A DNA stretch of 32,000 nt from Candidatus Nitrospira inopinata (GTDB taxonomy: Bacteria; Nitrospirota; Nitrospiria; Nitrospirales; Nitrospiraceae). Under the pieces are notes generated by a model. That model was not told the DNA's origin. It did no database searches and saw nothing but the letters and a program-made list of their open reading frames with translations. Shown in pieces: positions 8,011 to 17,376 of this stretch (the stretch's first letter is position 1; each line of letters opens with the position of its first letter). The stretch covers positions 1,470,001-1,502,000 of the forward strand of contig NZ_LN885086.1 of NCBI RefSeq assembly GCF_001458695.1. The letters run 5' to 3'. The translations under genes were made by a program, and so were the position numbers.

Positions 8011-9423
8011 ATGTTGCTGGGGTTTGTCATTCTCTATCTTCTGGTCTCCGTGGGGATCGGGTTGTACGCCGCGACTCGCGTTCACAATGCAAAGGATTTT
8101 GCCGTGGCGGGGAGGAGTTTGCCCCTGCCCATCGTCACGGCGACCGTGTTTGCGACCTGGTTCGGGGCGGAAGCGGTTCTCGGCATTTCCGCGACGTTCG
8201 TGAAGGAGGGATTGCGGGGCGTCATCGCCGATCCGTTCGGCGCGAGTCTGTGTCTCATCCTGGCCGGGCTCTTTTTCGCGCCGCGTTTGTACAGACTGAA
8301 CGTGCTCACCGTCGGCGATTATTATCGCCTGCGCTATGATCGGACGGTTGAGACCCTCTGCACGGTGTGCATCGTCGCTTCCTATGTGGGATGGGTGGCA
8401 GCCCAGTTCAAAGTGCTCGGATTGGTGCTCAACGTGGTGACGGAGGGCGCGGTGAGCCAACCCGTCGGCATCGTGATCGGGGCCGCCATTGTGCTCGTCT
8501 ATACGACGTTCGGCGGAATGTTCTCCGTCGCGATTCTCGATTTCGTTCAGATCTCCGTCATCATGGGAGGGCTGTTGTACATCGTCTCCGTCGTGAGCGG
8601 CCTGACCGGCGGAGTGGAGGCCGTCATCGAACACGCGGCCGCCGCCGGCAAGTTGGAATTGTTTCCGCCGCCGCGTTGGGCGGAGTGGATCCCCTTTGTC
8701 GGCGCGGGAATGACGATGATGTTGGGGTCTATTCCCCAGCAGGACGTGTTTCAGCGCATCACGTCCGCCAGGAATGAGCGCACGGCGGTGCGCGGTTCGC
8801 TCTTGGGAGGAACGCTCTATTTCGCCTTCTGTTTCGTCCCGATGTTTCTGGCCTATGCGGCGACGCTCGTCGATCCCGCGAAGTTCGGCGCGTTGCTCGA
8901 ACGGGACTCGCAACTGATTTTGCCGACGCTCATTCTGCAACATACGCCGCTCGCGGCACAGGTCGCCTTCTTCGGCGCCGTGCTGTCCGCCGTCATGAGC
9001 TGCTCGAGCGCCACGTTGCTGGCGCCGTCGGTGGCGTTGAGCGAAAACGTCATCAGGCCCGGGCTTCCCCGGCTGAACGATTCGGAATTCCTGCGCCTCA
9101 TGCGCGTCGTGCTCGTCGGCTTCGCCGGCGTGGTGCTGGCCATCGCGCTCTTGTCCGACGCGTCGATCTACAAATTGGTGGTCAACACCTACAAGGTGAC
9201 GCTGGTGGCGGCGTTTATTCCGCTGTTCGCGGGACTGTATTGGAAGCGGGCGACCACGCAGGGCGCTCTGTGCGCGATCGCCATCGGCCTGACGAGCTGG
9301 CTTGGGTTGGAGTGGGCGACCCCATCCGACTCCTGCTGGCCGCCTCAGCTTGTGGGGTTCGTCATGGCCGGCATCGGGATGGTTGCCGGATCTTTATGGT
9401 GGCCGTCGCGAGCCATGAAGTGA
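8011..9423 (+). CDS. Sodium:solute symporter (SSS) family transporter
   Basis: The ORF is polytopic and hydrophobic. The N-terminal ...AKDFAVAGRSLPLPIVTATVFATWFGAEAVLG is typical of the SSS family. ATG at 8011 is preferred; the track start at 7996 is a TTG. Confidence 0.85.
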   Translation: MLLGFVILYLLVSVGIGLYAATRVHNAKDFAVAGRSLPLPIVTATVFATWFGAEAVLGISATFVKEGLRGVIADPFGASLCLILAGLFFAPRLYRLNVLTVGDYYRLRYDRTVETLCTVCIVASYVGWVAAQFKVLGLVLNVVTEGAVSQPVGIVIGAAIVLVYTTFGGMFSVAILDFVQISVIMGGLLYIVSVVSGLTGGVEAVIEHAAAAGKLELFPPPRWAEWIPFVGAGMTMMLGSIPQQDVFQRITSARNERTAVRGSLLGGTLYFAFCFVPMFLAYAATLVDPAKFGALLERDSQLILPTLILQHTPLAAQVAFFGAVLSAVMSCSSATLLAPSVALSENVIRPGLPRLNDSEFLRLMRVVLVGFAGVVLAIALLSDASIYKLVVNTYKVTLVAAFIPLFAGLYWKRATTQGALCAIAIGLTSWLGLEWATPSDSCWPPQLVGFVMAGIGMVAGSLWWPSRAMK

Positions 9424-9484
9424 CGGCGTTGTCCGATGAAAGACCGATTGAATTCTCCCGGAGGGGTGGCGGCGACGCGCACCG

Positions 9485-9847
9485 TCAATGATCCAGGGTA
9501 AAACGAACGAGACGGCGAATTTCTTCGACCGCGAAGGGTTTCTTGATGACTTTTCTCGCCCCGAAGAGTTTCGCGACGCGCAGCATATGCTCATCGCCGC
9601 TCGCGCCCGTCATGGCGATGACCTTGGCGTCCAGGAATTCCCTCGTGAGATCGAGCAGGACGTCCATGCCATCTCGCTCGGGCATCACAATATCGGTAAT
9701 CACGAGATCGGCGGGGTCTTTCTGATAGAGCGCCAGCGCGACGGCTCCATTGGCCGCCTCGCGGACGGTGTGCCCGTCTTCTTCAAGAACGCGGCGCAGA
9801 AAAGTGCGGATCGGCTCTTCGTCGTCGACGATCAAGATCGAAGCCAT
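9485..9847 (-). CDS. Receiver-only (CheY-like) response regulator
   Basis: The track ORF is 9485..9907. The ATG at 9847 gives MASILIVDDEEPIRTFL...DLVITDIVMPERDGMDVL...KVIAMTG...KKPF. The acidic pocket, phospho-acceptor Asp and conserved Lys are present. There is no output domain. Confidence 0.85.
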   Translation of the reverse strand: MASILIVDDEEPIRTFLRRVLEEDGHTVREAANGAVALALYQKDPADLVITDIVMPERDGMDVLLDLTREFLDAKVIAMTGASGDEHMLRVAKLFGARKVIKKPFAVEEIRRLVRFTLDH

Positions 9848-10162
9848 AGTTGATCTCGTTCCATACGCCGCCTCGATCGGCGGCGAAATCTTTGTGAAAC
9901 CCGTCAAGATGACCGGCCGGCTTCCCCGCGAGGCTTCGCGCGCAACCGGCTCGTCGCGTCGTTCATCTATACATCAGGGTTTTACCGAGGTCCAGCACAT
10001 GATAGCACCCGCCCTCTCAAAAAAGAGAGCGGTGCATGCCTGCCCGATTGAGGCAAGCAAACGAATCGTCCCCGGCGAGGCATCCGGTTCGCATCCTCCA
10101 GCCGCTAACGGTGGTCGTCGAGGAGCGGTTTCCTTCCGGGCAGGTACGCGATATGCTTGGCC

Positions 10163-12469
10163 ATGGCCGATCATGTTCCACACAGTCGAGTTCGGCCGCT
10201 CCGGCGCGGCCTGCCGGTGTTGCTTGGCCTCGTCGCGATCGGCGTCATCGCGCTGGCGGGCTATGGGCTTATCCTCTCGGCGACGCTGGCGCTCCCCAGG
10301 AGCGATGAGCATCCGCCTCTCCTGATCTACGGCGCGCCGTTCATGGTCTCGCCGGGTCTTGATGTGACCGGTTCCGGACTGGTCGATCGGCTGCGGCAGT
10401 TGGGCTATCGGTCGGTGTCGGTCTCGCCGAGGGCGGCCGGCGAATATGCCGCGACGGACGATTCCATCGAGATTTTTCTGCGCGCGCAGCCGGAAAACCG
10501 TCTTCCCGCCAAGATTGTGCGGCTCCGGTTGGCCGCCGGGAAGATTCGGGAGCTTCGCTCGATGCCCGACGGCCAACCGGTCCCGTGGGTATTCCTTGAG
10601 CCGGCCGTGATCAGCGGCATGCGCGACGGGTCCAAACAGGTCAGGGAGTGGATTCAGCTCGATCGAATTCCATCGCGGTTGATCGACATGGTGCTCGCCA
10701 TCGAGGACCGGCGGTTTTTCTCGCACATCGGCATCGATCCTTTTGCCATTGGCCGGGCCCTGTGGGCGAACCTCGTACACGGCGCCGTCGTGCAAGGGGG
10801 CAGCACGTTGACCCAGCAATTGGCGAAAAATCTCTACTATTCGCCGCAGCGGACGATCAGCCGCAAGCTGAAGGAGCTGGTTGCCGCGGTCGTTCTGGAG
10901 TTGAAGTACAGCAAACAGGAGATTCTCGAAAGTTATCTCAATGAAATCTATCTGGGGCAGTCCGGCTCCGTGTCCATCTATGGCGTCGGGGAAGCGGCCC
11001 ATCGCTACTTCGGGAAAACGCTCGACGAGTTGTCGGTCGAAGAGATGGCGATGATCGTGGGGTTGATCAAGGGCCCCAACAGCTATTCGCCGACGAGAAA
11101 CGCGGCGCAGGCGACGGAGCGGCGGAACGTGGTGCTTCGCCGATTGCGGGAGCAAGGCATTGTATCGGAAGAGGCGTGGGCGAACGCGGCGGGTCGGCCT
11201 GTCAAGATCGTGCCGGCCCAGGATGCCGTGGGCGACGCGCCGTATTTTGTCGATTATCTCCTCCGCGAAGCGGAGGAAGCCGTCGGCGATCTTCCGGAGG
11301 GAATCAAGATTTTCTCGACGCTCGATCCATGGGTTCAGCAAACGGCCCACCGGGCTTTGCAAGAGGGACTGGTTCGGTTGGAAGCAACGTATCCGTCGCT
11401 GAAAGAAGCCGGATCGCCCCTTCAGGGCGCCATTGTCGTGCTGGAGCCGAAGACCGGCCGCATTCTCGCGATGGTCGGCGGACGCGATTATCGAACGAGT
11501 CAATTCAACCGCGCGGCGCAGGCCCGTCGGTCGGCCGGCTCGCTGTTCAAGCCGTTTGTGTATCTGGCGGGGTTTGAAGCGGCCCGAACGCAGGGCGCGG
11601 CGGGCCTCACCCCGGCGACGTTGCTTGACGACGAGCCCGTCACGTTGGAGTCGAAGGCCGCTCCGTGGTCGCCGAAGAATTATGACCAGCGGTACCACGG
11701 CCGGGTGACGGTGCGGACGGCGCTTGAACAGTCGTTGAACGTTCCGGCCGTGCGGGTCGCCCACCGCACCGGTCTTGCGCCGCTTCTTAACCTGTTGAGG
11801 GCGTTCGGGATTGCCGTGCCGCAGCCGGGCGATCTCTCCGTGGCCTTGGGGAGTTCTCCCGTCTCTCTGCTGGAGATCGCCTCGGCATACGGCGGGTTGG
11901 CCAACGGCGGCGTGATGGTGCGCCCTTCGGCCGTCTCTCGCGTCGACGATGAAACAGGCGAGACGGTCTGGAATCGAGCGGCGGATCGGCGCCAGGCCGC
12001 GTCTCCGCAAGGAACCTATCTTGTGACGTCGCTGCTCAAAGGTGTAATCGATCGCGGGACCGGCGCCAAAGCAAGGAATTTGGGCGTGGAAGGGGCGGTT
12101 GCCGGCAAGACGGGGACGACCGATGGATACCGCGACGCCTGGTTCGTCGGCTATACGACCGACCTCGTGATCGGCGTGTGGGTGGGATTCGACGATGAAC
12201 GGCCGATCAAACTCACGGGCGCGCAGGCGGCGCTCCCCATTTGGAGCAAGTTGGCGGCGCGGCTGATCCCACGCGATCAGCCGGATTTCCCCATGCCCGA
12301 GGGAGTGGTCGAGCGTCGGATCGATCCCCAAACCGGTCAACTGGCGACCGCTCAATGTCCGGAGCCCATCACCGAGGTATTCATCGGCGGCACCGAGCCG
12401 GCCGACTATTGCGAGGTCCACGGCGGAGGCCTGTGGGAACGGCTCAAGCGGGCGTTGGGGCTGTTCTGA
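10163..12469 (+). CDS. mrcA: Class A penicillin-binding protein (bifunctional glycosyltransferase/transpeptidase, PBP1A-type)
   Basis: GT51 motifs are EDRRFFSHIGIDP and GGSTLTQQLAKN. Transpeptidase motifs are SLFK (SxxK), SLN (SxN) and KTGTT (KTG). An N-terminal TM anchor is present. ATG at 10163 is preferred; the track start at 10157 is a TTG. The symbol is tentative. Confidence 0.9.
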   Translation: MADHVPHSRVRPLRRGLPVLLGLVAIGVIALAGYGLILSATLALPRSDEHPPLLIYGAPFMVSPGLDVTGSGLVDRLRQLGYRSVSVSPRAAGEYAATDDSIEIFLRAQPENRLPAKIVRLRLAAGKIRELRSMPDGQPVPWVFLEPAVISGMRDGSKQVREWIQLDRIPSRLIDMVLAIEDRRFFSHIGIDPFAIGRALWANLVHGAVVQGGSTLTQQLAKNLYYSPQRTISRKLKELVAAVVLELKYSKQEILESYLNEIYLGQSGSVSIYGVGEAAHRYFGKTLDELSVEEMAMIVGLIKGPNSYSPTRNAAQATERRNVVLRRLREQGIVSEEAWANAAGRPVKIVPAQDAVGDAPYFVDYLLREAEEAVGDLPEGIKIFSTLDPWVQQTAHRALQEGLVRLEATYPSLKEAGSPLQGAIVVLEPKTGRILAMVGGRDYRTSQFNRAAQARRSAGSLFKPFVYLAGFEAARTQGAAGLTPATLLDDEPVTLESKAAPWSPKNYDQRYHGRVTVRTALEQSLNVPAVRVAHRTGLAPLLNLLRAFGIAVPQPGDLSVALGSSPVSLLEIASAYGGLANGGVMVRPSAVSRVDDETGETVWNRAADRRQAASPQGTYLVTSLLKGVIDRGTGAKARNLGVEGAVAGKTGTTDGYRDAWFVGYTTDLVIGVWVGFDDERPIKLTGAQAALPIWSKLAARLIPRDQPDFPMPEGVVERRIDPQTGQLATAQCPEPITEVFIGGTEPADYCEVHGGGLWERLKRALGLF

Positions 12470-12561
12470 GCGGCCGGCTGTTCGTGAATCAACTACTGCT
12501 AGGAGGCGATCGACTCTTGCGGTAAGCTAGGGCTCGCAACGGATTCACCGAGGAGACCGTC

Positions 12562-13005
12562 ATGAAAAAGAGCGGGTATATGGACGACGGCAACATCACC
12601 CTGCTGGCCAAGGGAGTCGAGATGAAGGGCGAGATCCGGGTCGAGGGGACCGTGCGGATCGACGGTCGGCTGGAAGGGGACGTGCACACCAAGGGCGAAG
12701 TGATCGTGGGGGAGGACGGAGTGGTCAAGGGCACGATCACCGCCGGGTCCTTGATCAGCAGCGGGCGGATCAAGGCCTCGGTCACGGCGACCGATCGGGT
12801 GCAGTTGTTCAAGACGGCGATTCTCATCGGCGAAGTGCGCAGTCCCATCATGATCATGGAGGAGGGCGCCAAGTTTCAGGGCCTCAGCGACATGGGCGCC
12901 ACGGCCTGGCCGGAGGAGGCGCCTCGATTGTCCGGCAACGTCCGCGACATGAATCAGCACCGTGGCAGGCCGGTGGCCTTGCTGGCGAAAGACCAGGATC
13001 TCTAG
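12562..13005 (+). CDS. Bactofilin (polymer-forming cytoskeletal protein)
   Basis: 147-aa ORF with SD GAGGAG. It has the repetitive beta-helix pattern GEIRVEGTVRIDGRLEGDVHTKGEVIVGEDGVVKGTITAGSLISSGRIKASVTATDRVQL and a disordered C-terminal tail. Confidence 0.85.
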   Translation: MKKSGYMDDGNITLLAKGVEMKGEIRVEGTVRIDGRLEGDVHTKGEVIVGEDGVVKGTITAGSLISSGRIKASVTATDRVQLFKTAILIGEVRSPIMIMEEGAKFQGLSDMGATAWPEEAPRLSGNVRDMNQHRGRPVALLAKDQDL

Positions 13006-13144
13006 CCCCGTTCTGTTTCTAGAGCGGCCTTGTGACGGGTTCTTCTTCGTTTCCCGTTCCGCGTCCCGTTCGGATTCCCGGTCGTGACAGATTCATCGGG
13101 ATCTGCTATCAACACAGGGTCCCCTCGTATCCCTGCGACATTCG

Positions 13145-14239
13145 ATGACGCGACAGCACCTGTTTTCGATCGTTTTCTTCGCCCTGCTGGGCCTGCTGCT
13201 GTACCAGATGGGGCTTGTCCTCCAGCCGTTCGTCTTCCCGGCGCTGTGGGCCGTGCTCTTGGCCCATGGAACGTTCCCTCTCCATCGACGGCTGTCGAAA
13301 TTGTTGCAAGGGAACGAGACCCTGTCGGCGGCGGTGCTGACGATGGGCGCGCTGGGCATGGTCGTCGTGCCGTTGGCCTTAATGGGCGTGTTGCTCGTGC
13401 GCGAGGCCGGCGTGGCGGAGGAGGTCATTCGCGCGTGGGTTGAGGGCGGAGGGCTCCAGCGGTTGCCGGAGCAGGTGGCGACCGTCCCGATCATCGGAGG
13501 ATGGTTGCGGACGGCGCTGGCCGGAATCGATCTCCAGCGGGTGTCCCTTGAACAATCGGTCGTGGCGGGAGTCACGACGGTCAGCCAGTTCCTCGTCGGA
13601 CGGATGGGCGACCTGTTGAAAAACGCCGTGCTGCTGGTGACGGACTTTTTCATCATGCTGCTGGTGCTGTTCTTTTTGTATCGCGACGGCCGGACTTGGT
13701 TTTCGTCCTGGTATCAATTGATTCCGATGGACGAATCGCACAAGCAGAAAATCATGGCCCGCTTGGATCAGACGATCCGCGCGGTCGTCAAGGGGATCTT
13801 GGTGACGGCAATCGTCCAGGGAGGACTGGCCGGGCTGGCCTATCTTGCTTTGGGTGTTCCGTTCCCGGTGGTGCTCACGGCGCTGACCATTCTGTTGGCG
13901 CCCATTCCCTTCGGCGGCACGGCGCTGGTATGGGGACCGGTCGGTCTGTACCTTCTGTGGATCGGGGAGGCCGGCAAGGCGCTCATGATGCTGGCGTGGG
14001 GCGTCGGCGTCGTATCCATGGTCGATCACGTCCTCCGCCCGTGGCTGATCGGGCAGGACGTGCAGATTCCCGTGTTGCTTCTGGTGCTCAGCGTGCTGGG
14101 AGGGTTGGCGTTGTATGGAGTGTTGGGAATCTTTGTCGGGCCCGTGCTCGTCAGTTTGTTGATGACGGCCGTCCAAATTTATCGGGAAGAATATCAAGCC
14201 GTCGAAGCGGGCACGCCGCCCCCTCCCGCGTCGTCATGA
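13145..14239 (+). CDS. AI-2E family transporter (PerM/UPF0118-like permease)
   Basis: 364-aa polytopic membrane protein. The architecture and the stretch ...FFIMLLVLFFLYRDG...GILVTAIVQGGLAGLAYLALGVPFPVVLTALTILLAPIPFGG... are characteristic of the family. Confidence 0.8.
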   Translation: MTRQHLFSIVFFALLGLLLYQMGLVLQPFVFPALWAVLLAHGTFPLHRRLSKLLQGNETLSAAVLTMGALGMVVVPLALMGVLLVREAGVAEEVIRAWVEGGGLQRLPEQVATVPIIGGWLRTALAGIDLQRVSLEQSVVAGVTTVSQFLVGRMGDLLKNAVLLVTDFFIMLLVLFFLYRDGRTWFSSWYQLIPMDESHKQKIMARLDQTIRAVVKGILVTAIVQGGLAGLAYLALGVPFPVVLTALTILLAPIPFGGTALVWGPVGLYLLWIGEAGKALMMLAWGVGVVSMVDHVLRPWLIGQDVQIPVLLLVLSVLGGLALYGVLGIFVGPVLVSLLMTAVQIYREEYQAVEAGTPPPPASS

Positions 14240-14338
14240 CGTTTCCCCATCCGTCGCCGGTCGATCATCGAGATGCCGCAAGGCGCGGTTTCGACCGCGC
14301 GCGTGACGACCGGAGCCGTGGGATAACATCATCTTCCG

Positions 14339-14935
14339 TTACTCCAAGGGGATCGTAATGGCGATGGCGCCCATGACGTCGTTCAACTTGAAGTCCTGTT
14401 TGGGGCTCAAGGGATGGGTATTGTGGCAGGAGACGCAAGCGGGAGAGACCGCTCGGTCGGCGTAGATGGCTTGGAAGTAACGTTTCTTGCCGCTGGTGAC
14501 GATGCCGGTGACCGGCTGCTCCGGTCGTTTCCGAAGCGTTTCCAGGGCTTGGCGCTCGAACTGGGTGGCGGGGGCGTTGCGCTGATAGATCGGCGACAAG
14601 CCGATCAGCCGAAAGCGGATCCCGCGTCCGCTCTCCGCGACGATTCTGCCGGTATGTTGAAGAAGTTGGGCGGGGAGGGGAAGGGTATTGTCCCGCTCCC
14701 AATGTTCCGTCGCGGACAGGAGTCCTTTCTCTTGCAGACGGTTGACGATCGAGGTGGTGTAAACGGTGCGGTTCGCCTCGAGGATCGCATGGATGTAGTC
14801 GGCGACTTTGTCGGGTGGAATGCCGTCGGCGCCGAGGGCCTCCTTGGCGAGAAGAAATGAGGCGCCGCTCCACAGGCATCCTACGGTGACAAACGCGCAG
14901 ACGGCGATTCGGATTGTGACGCGGATGGATCCCAT
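14339..14935 (-). CDS. Secreted DUF3365 (Tll0287-like) protein with c-type heme-binding motif
   Basis: The track ORF is 14339..14983. The ATG at 14935 is preceded by SD GGGGAGG 4 nt upstream and gives the signal peptide MGSIRVTIRIAVCAFVTVGCLWSGASFLLA. The C-terminal ACVSCHNTHPLSPKQDFKLNDVMGAIAITIP contains CxxCH and the family's conserved tail. Confidence 0.8.
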   Translation of the reverse strand: MGSIRVTIRIAVCAFVTVGCLWSGASFLLAKEALGADGIPPDKVADYIHAILEANRTVYTTSIVNRLQEKGLLSATEHWERDNTLPLPAQLLQHTGRIVAESGRGIRFRLIGLSPIYQRNAPATQFERQALETLRKRPEQPVTGIVTSGKKRYFQAIYADRAVSPACVSCHNTHPLSPKQDFKLNDVMGAIAITIPLE

Positions 14936-17376
14936 GTGCCCTCCCCTGATGCGGCGGGAGGGGCCGGCAGGGTCACGATACACGTCGTCCCCCGTCCCTC
15001 GCCGCTCTCGATGCGAAGCTCGCCGCCGAATTTTCGGATAATCCGCCGTGCGACCGTCAGCCCCAGGCCTGACCCTTCGCCTTGGCCTTTGGTCGTGAAG
15101 AAGGGGTCGAAAATTTTCGAGAGGTGCTGTTTGGGAATGCCGGGGCCCGAGTCCGTGATCGTCACGGTGCCGACGCGATCGGACCAGGCCGTGGTCAGCG
15201 TCAACGCGCCGGTCCCCTTCATGGCTTGAACGGCGTTGGTGAGCAGGTTCGCCAACGCTTGCTGAAGCTGGTCCGGCTTCGCCAATACGCGGACACCCCC
15301 CGCATACAGTTTGTTGACGATCACGTTCTTCATGTCGCTTGCCGACTGGACGATGGCCAAGGCCCGATCCATTTCCTCTTCCAGCGACACGGGCACGGCT
15401 TGGTCATGTTCTTCTTTTCCCGTCACGCCGGCGAAATCCCGGATGACCGTCGCCATGCGCCGCCCTTGCGCCACGATGTCGCGCGCATGGGCCTTGGCTC
15501 GTTCCAAGTTTTGTTCCTCTTGAATCGCTTCGCCCAGTCCGATGATGCCGAACAGCGGGTTGTTCAGCTCATGGCCGATGCCGGCGGTCAACACGCCGAG
15601 GCTGCCGGATTTTTCGGCTTGGACGAGTTGATCGTGCAGGCGGCTTTCGTCGGTCGTATCGCGCAGGACCAGCCCGATGACGGGCTCTTGTCCCGGTCTG
15701 GCCGGCAAGCGAAACCATTGATAGTGGTAGAGGCGCGATCCGATGTGAAATTCCGGACGATGATCGGACGGCTCCTGATCGCCGGCCGGAGCCAGGGGGT
15801 CGCGCGGCACCTTCCGCTCGGAGGTTTGTTCACGAGCGCGGGCGGCTCCGTCGGCGCGAAACTCTTGCCGCAGGCGCTGCCGCGCCTGAGAATCCAGTGG
15901 AAGCACGTCGAAGAGGGACATCGGTAATGGCTGGTCGAGCCGCATGCCGAATGACTCGCGCGCCGCCCGATTGACGTACCGCACCTGTTCGTCGGCGTCG
16001 ATCAGGAAAATCGGAGTCGAGACCGCGTCCAAAATATGATCGGTCGATTGTTGCAGCGCTTGAACCTCCCGCGTCTTCAATTCGACTTGGTCGGTGAGTC
16101 CGGCGAAAGCCGCGTTCAGTTGCTGATTCATGCGGTTGAACTCTTCGGCCAGCTCTTCCAGCTCGTCGCCGGATCGGATGTCGATCGGCGTCTTGAGCTC
16201 GCCGCGCCCGATGGCGCGGGCCGCCTGCATCAGTTGCCGGACGGGCGTGACGATGCGGCCCGCCGCGACGTAGCCCAGGGCGGCCAGCAGCAGAAGGCCC
16301 GCGGCTCCGAAGACGGTCACCCAGGTGAACAGATGTTGGATCGGGGCGAAGATTTCGTCCGACGCCTGCCAGACGAACGTGTGCCACGATCCGTTCTCGA
16401 TGGAACCGTTGGTCGCGCGGCTGGTTTCAGGCAGCGGCGCGAATCCGATCACGGACGTCGAGTGCCCGCCGTGACCGTCGCTGGAGGCTTGGACCCAGCC
16501 CGGCTGGAGAGGAGTCACGAGCGGGACGAGATTCGGATCGGACAGCGGGACGCCGGTGGGCAAGATCGGGCAACTGATGACGAGGCCGTTCGAGTCGATC
16601 AGCATGACGTGGCCGGTCTTCCCGAAGCGAATGGCGTGCGTGGCCGGAGAGAAGAATTCCTTGGCGTCGATCACGCGGTGAAGAACCCCCACGACTTCGT
16701 ACCGCAATTGGTCCATCACGGGGACGGAGATCGTGAAGACGTAGGCGTTGACTCGTTTGTCGAAGTGGATGTCTTCGATGAAGAGCCGCCCGACGGCCTT
16801 GTGGTAGGCGCCTTGCCACCAGCGGGTCTGGTCGTGGCGGAGTTCCGGCTTCTCTCCGATGGCGGCGACGAGGAGGCCGTGGACGTCCGTCAAAAACAGC
16901 ATTTTGGTGGACGCGCGGACGATCTGCGGCTGCAATTGCCCGGGAGCGTTGTGGATGCCCGTGTAATACTCGCGCAGGAGAGCGCTCAACGGGTTCTCCA
17001 GGACGGAGCGAACGGCGGCCGGGTCTCCGGCGCTCCATTTCGCTTCGAAGTCGCTCGTCTCGACGGCGGCGACCCGGTGGCTCTGCGGCGTATCCCGCCG
17101 GTGCTCCAGTTCGCCGATGATCGCCGGATCGTTGGCCATGCGGGCGGTTTGGGCGATTTCCTCCGCCACGAGAAGATCGAGTTTTCTGGCCGCCTCCATG
17201 GCGAGGGCTTTGAAGCTTTCCCCGCTTACATCCCGAATTTCCCTCGATCCTTGCCAAAACGCCATGCCGAGCCCGATGACGAGCGGGACGGTTCCGACCA
17301 CGAGCATCGAGACGATCAACTTGGCTTTGAGTCCCCAGCGTGTCTTGCGAGGGAGGGCTGATGGCGTCGTGCTCAT
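14881..17376 (-). CDS. Membrane sensor histidine kinase (TM, Cache-like periplasmic domain, TM, HAMP, PAS, HisKA, HATPase)
   Basis: 831-aa ORF. TM1 is LIVSMLVVGTVPLVIGLGMAFW. A periplasmic region of about 310 aa follows, then TM2 WVTVFGAAGLLLLAALGYVAAG. The HAMP region contains PVRQLMQAARAIGRGEL...EFNRMNQQL. The H-box is GIGHELNNPL, and the G-boxes are DSGPGIP and GSGLGL. Confidence 0.9.
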   Translation of the reverse strand: MSTTPSALPRKTRWGLKAKLIVSMLVVGTVPLVIGLGMAFWQGSREIRDVSGESFKALAMEAARKLDLLVAEEIAQTARMANDPAIIGELEHRRDTPQSHRVAAVETSDFEAKWSAGDPAAVRSVLENPLSALLREYYTGIHNAPGQLQPQIVRASTKMLFLTDVHGLLVAAIGEKPELRHDQTRWWQGAYHKAVGRLFIEDIHFDKRVNAYVFTISVPVMDQLRYEVVGVLHRVIDAKEFFSPATHAIRFGKTGHVMLIDSNGLVISCPILPTGVPLSDPNLVPLVTPLQPGWVQASSDGHGGHSTSVIGFAPLPETSRATNGSIENGSWHTFVWQASDEIFAPIQHLFTWVTVFGAAGLLLLAALGYVAAGRIVTPVRQLMQAARAIGRGELKTPIDIRSGDELEELAEEFNRMNQQLNAAFAGLTDQVELKTREVQALQQSTDHILDAVSTPIFLIDADEQVRYVNRAARESFGMRLDQPLPMSLFDVLPLDSQARQRLRQEFRADGAARAREQTSERKVPRDPLAPAGDQEPSDHRPEFHIGSRLYHYQWFRLPARPGQEPVIGLVLRDTTDESRLHDQLVQAEKSGSLGVLTAGIGHELNNPLFGIIGLGEAIQEEQNLERAKAHARDIVAQGRRMATVIRDFAGVTGKEEHDQAVPVSLEEEMDRALAIVQSASDMKNVIVNKLYAGGVRVLAKPDQLQQALANLLTNAVQAMKGTGALTLTTAWSDRVGTVTITDSGPGIPKQHLSKIFDPFFTTKGQGEGSGLGLTVARRIIRKFGGELRIESGEGRGTTCIVTLPAPPAASGEGTWDPSASQSESPSARLSP

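Noticed and set aside
7888-8943. 351-aa ORF antisense to the sodium:solute symporter
   Set aside because: It is highly charged with His/Arg/Asp/Gly-rich low complexity. The plus-strand frame is a clean polytopic SSS transporter.
9974-12421. 815-aa ORF antisense to the PBP1A gene
   Set aside because: It is extremely Arg/Pro/Gly-rich and low in complexity, with no recognisable motif. The opposite strand carries a full set of GT51 and transpeptidase motifs. This is a typical shadow ORF in high-GC DNA.
14283-14300. GCGCGG-tttcga-CCGCGC hairpin between the convergent AI-2E and DUF3365 genes, as a possible terminator
   Set aside because: The stem is only 6 bp with no flanking U/A tract. That is too weak to call.
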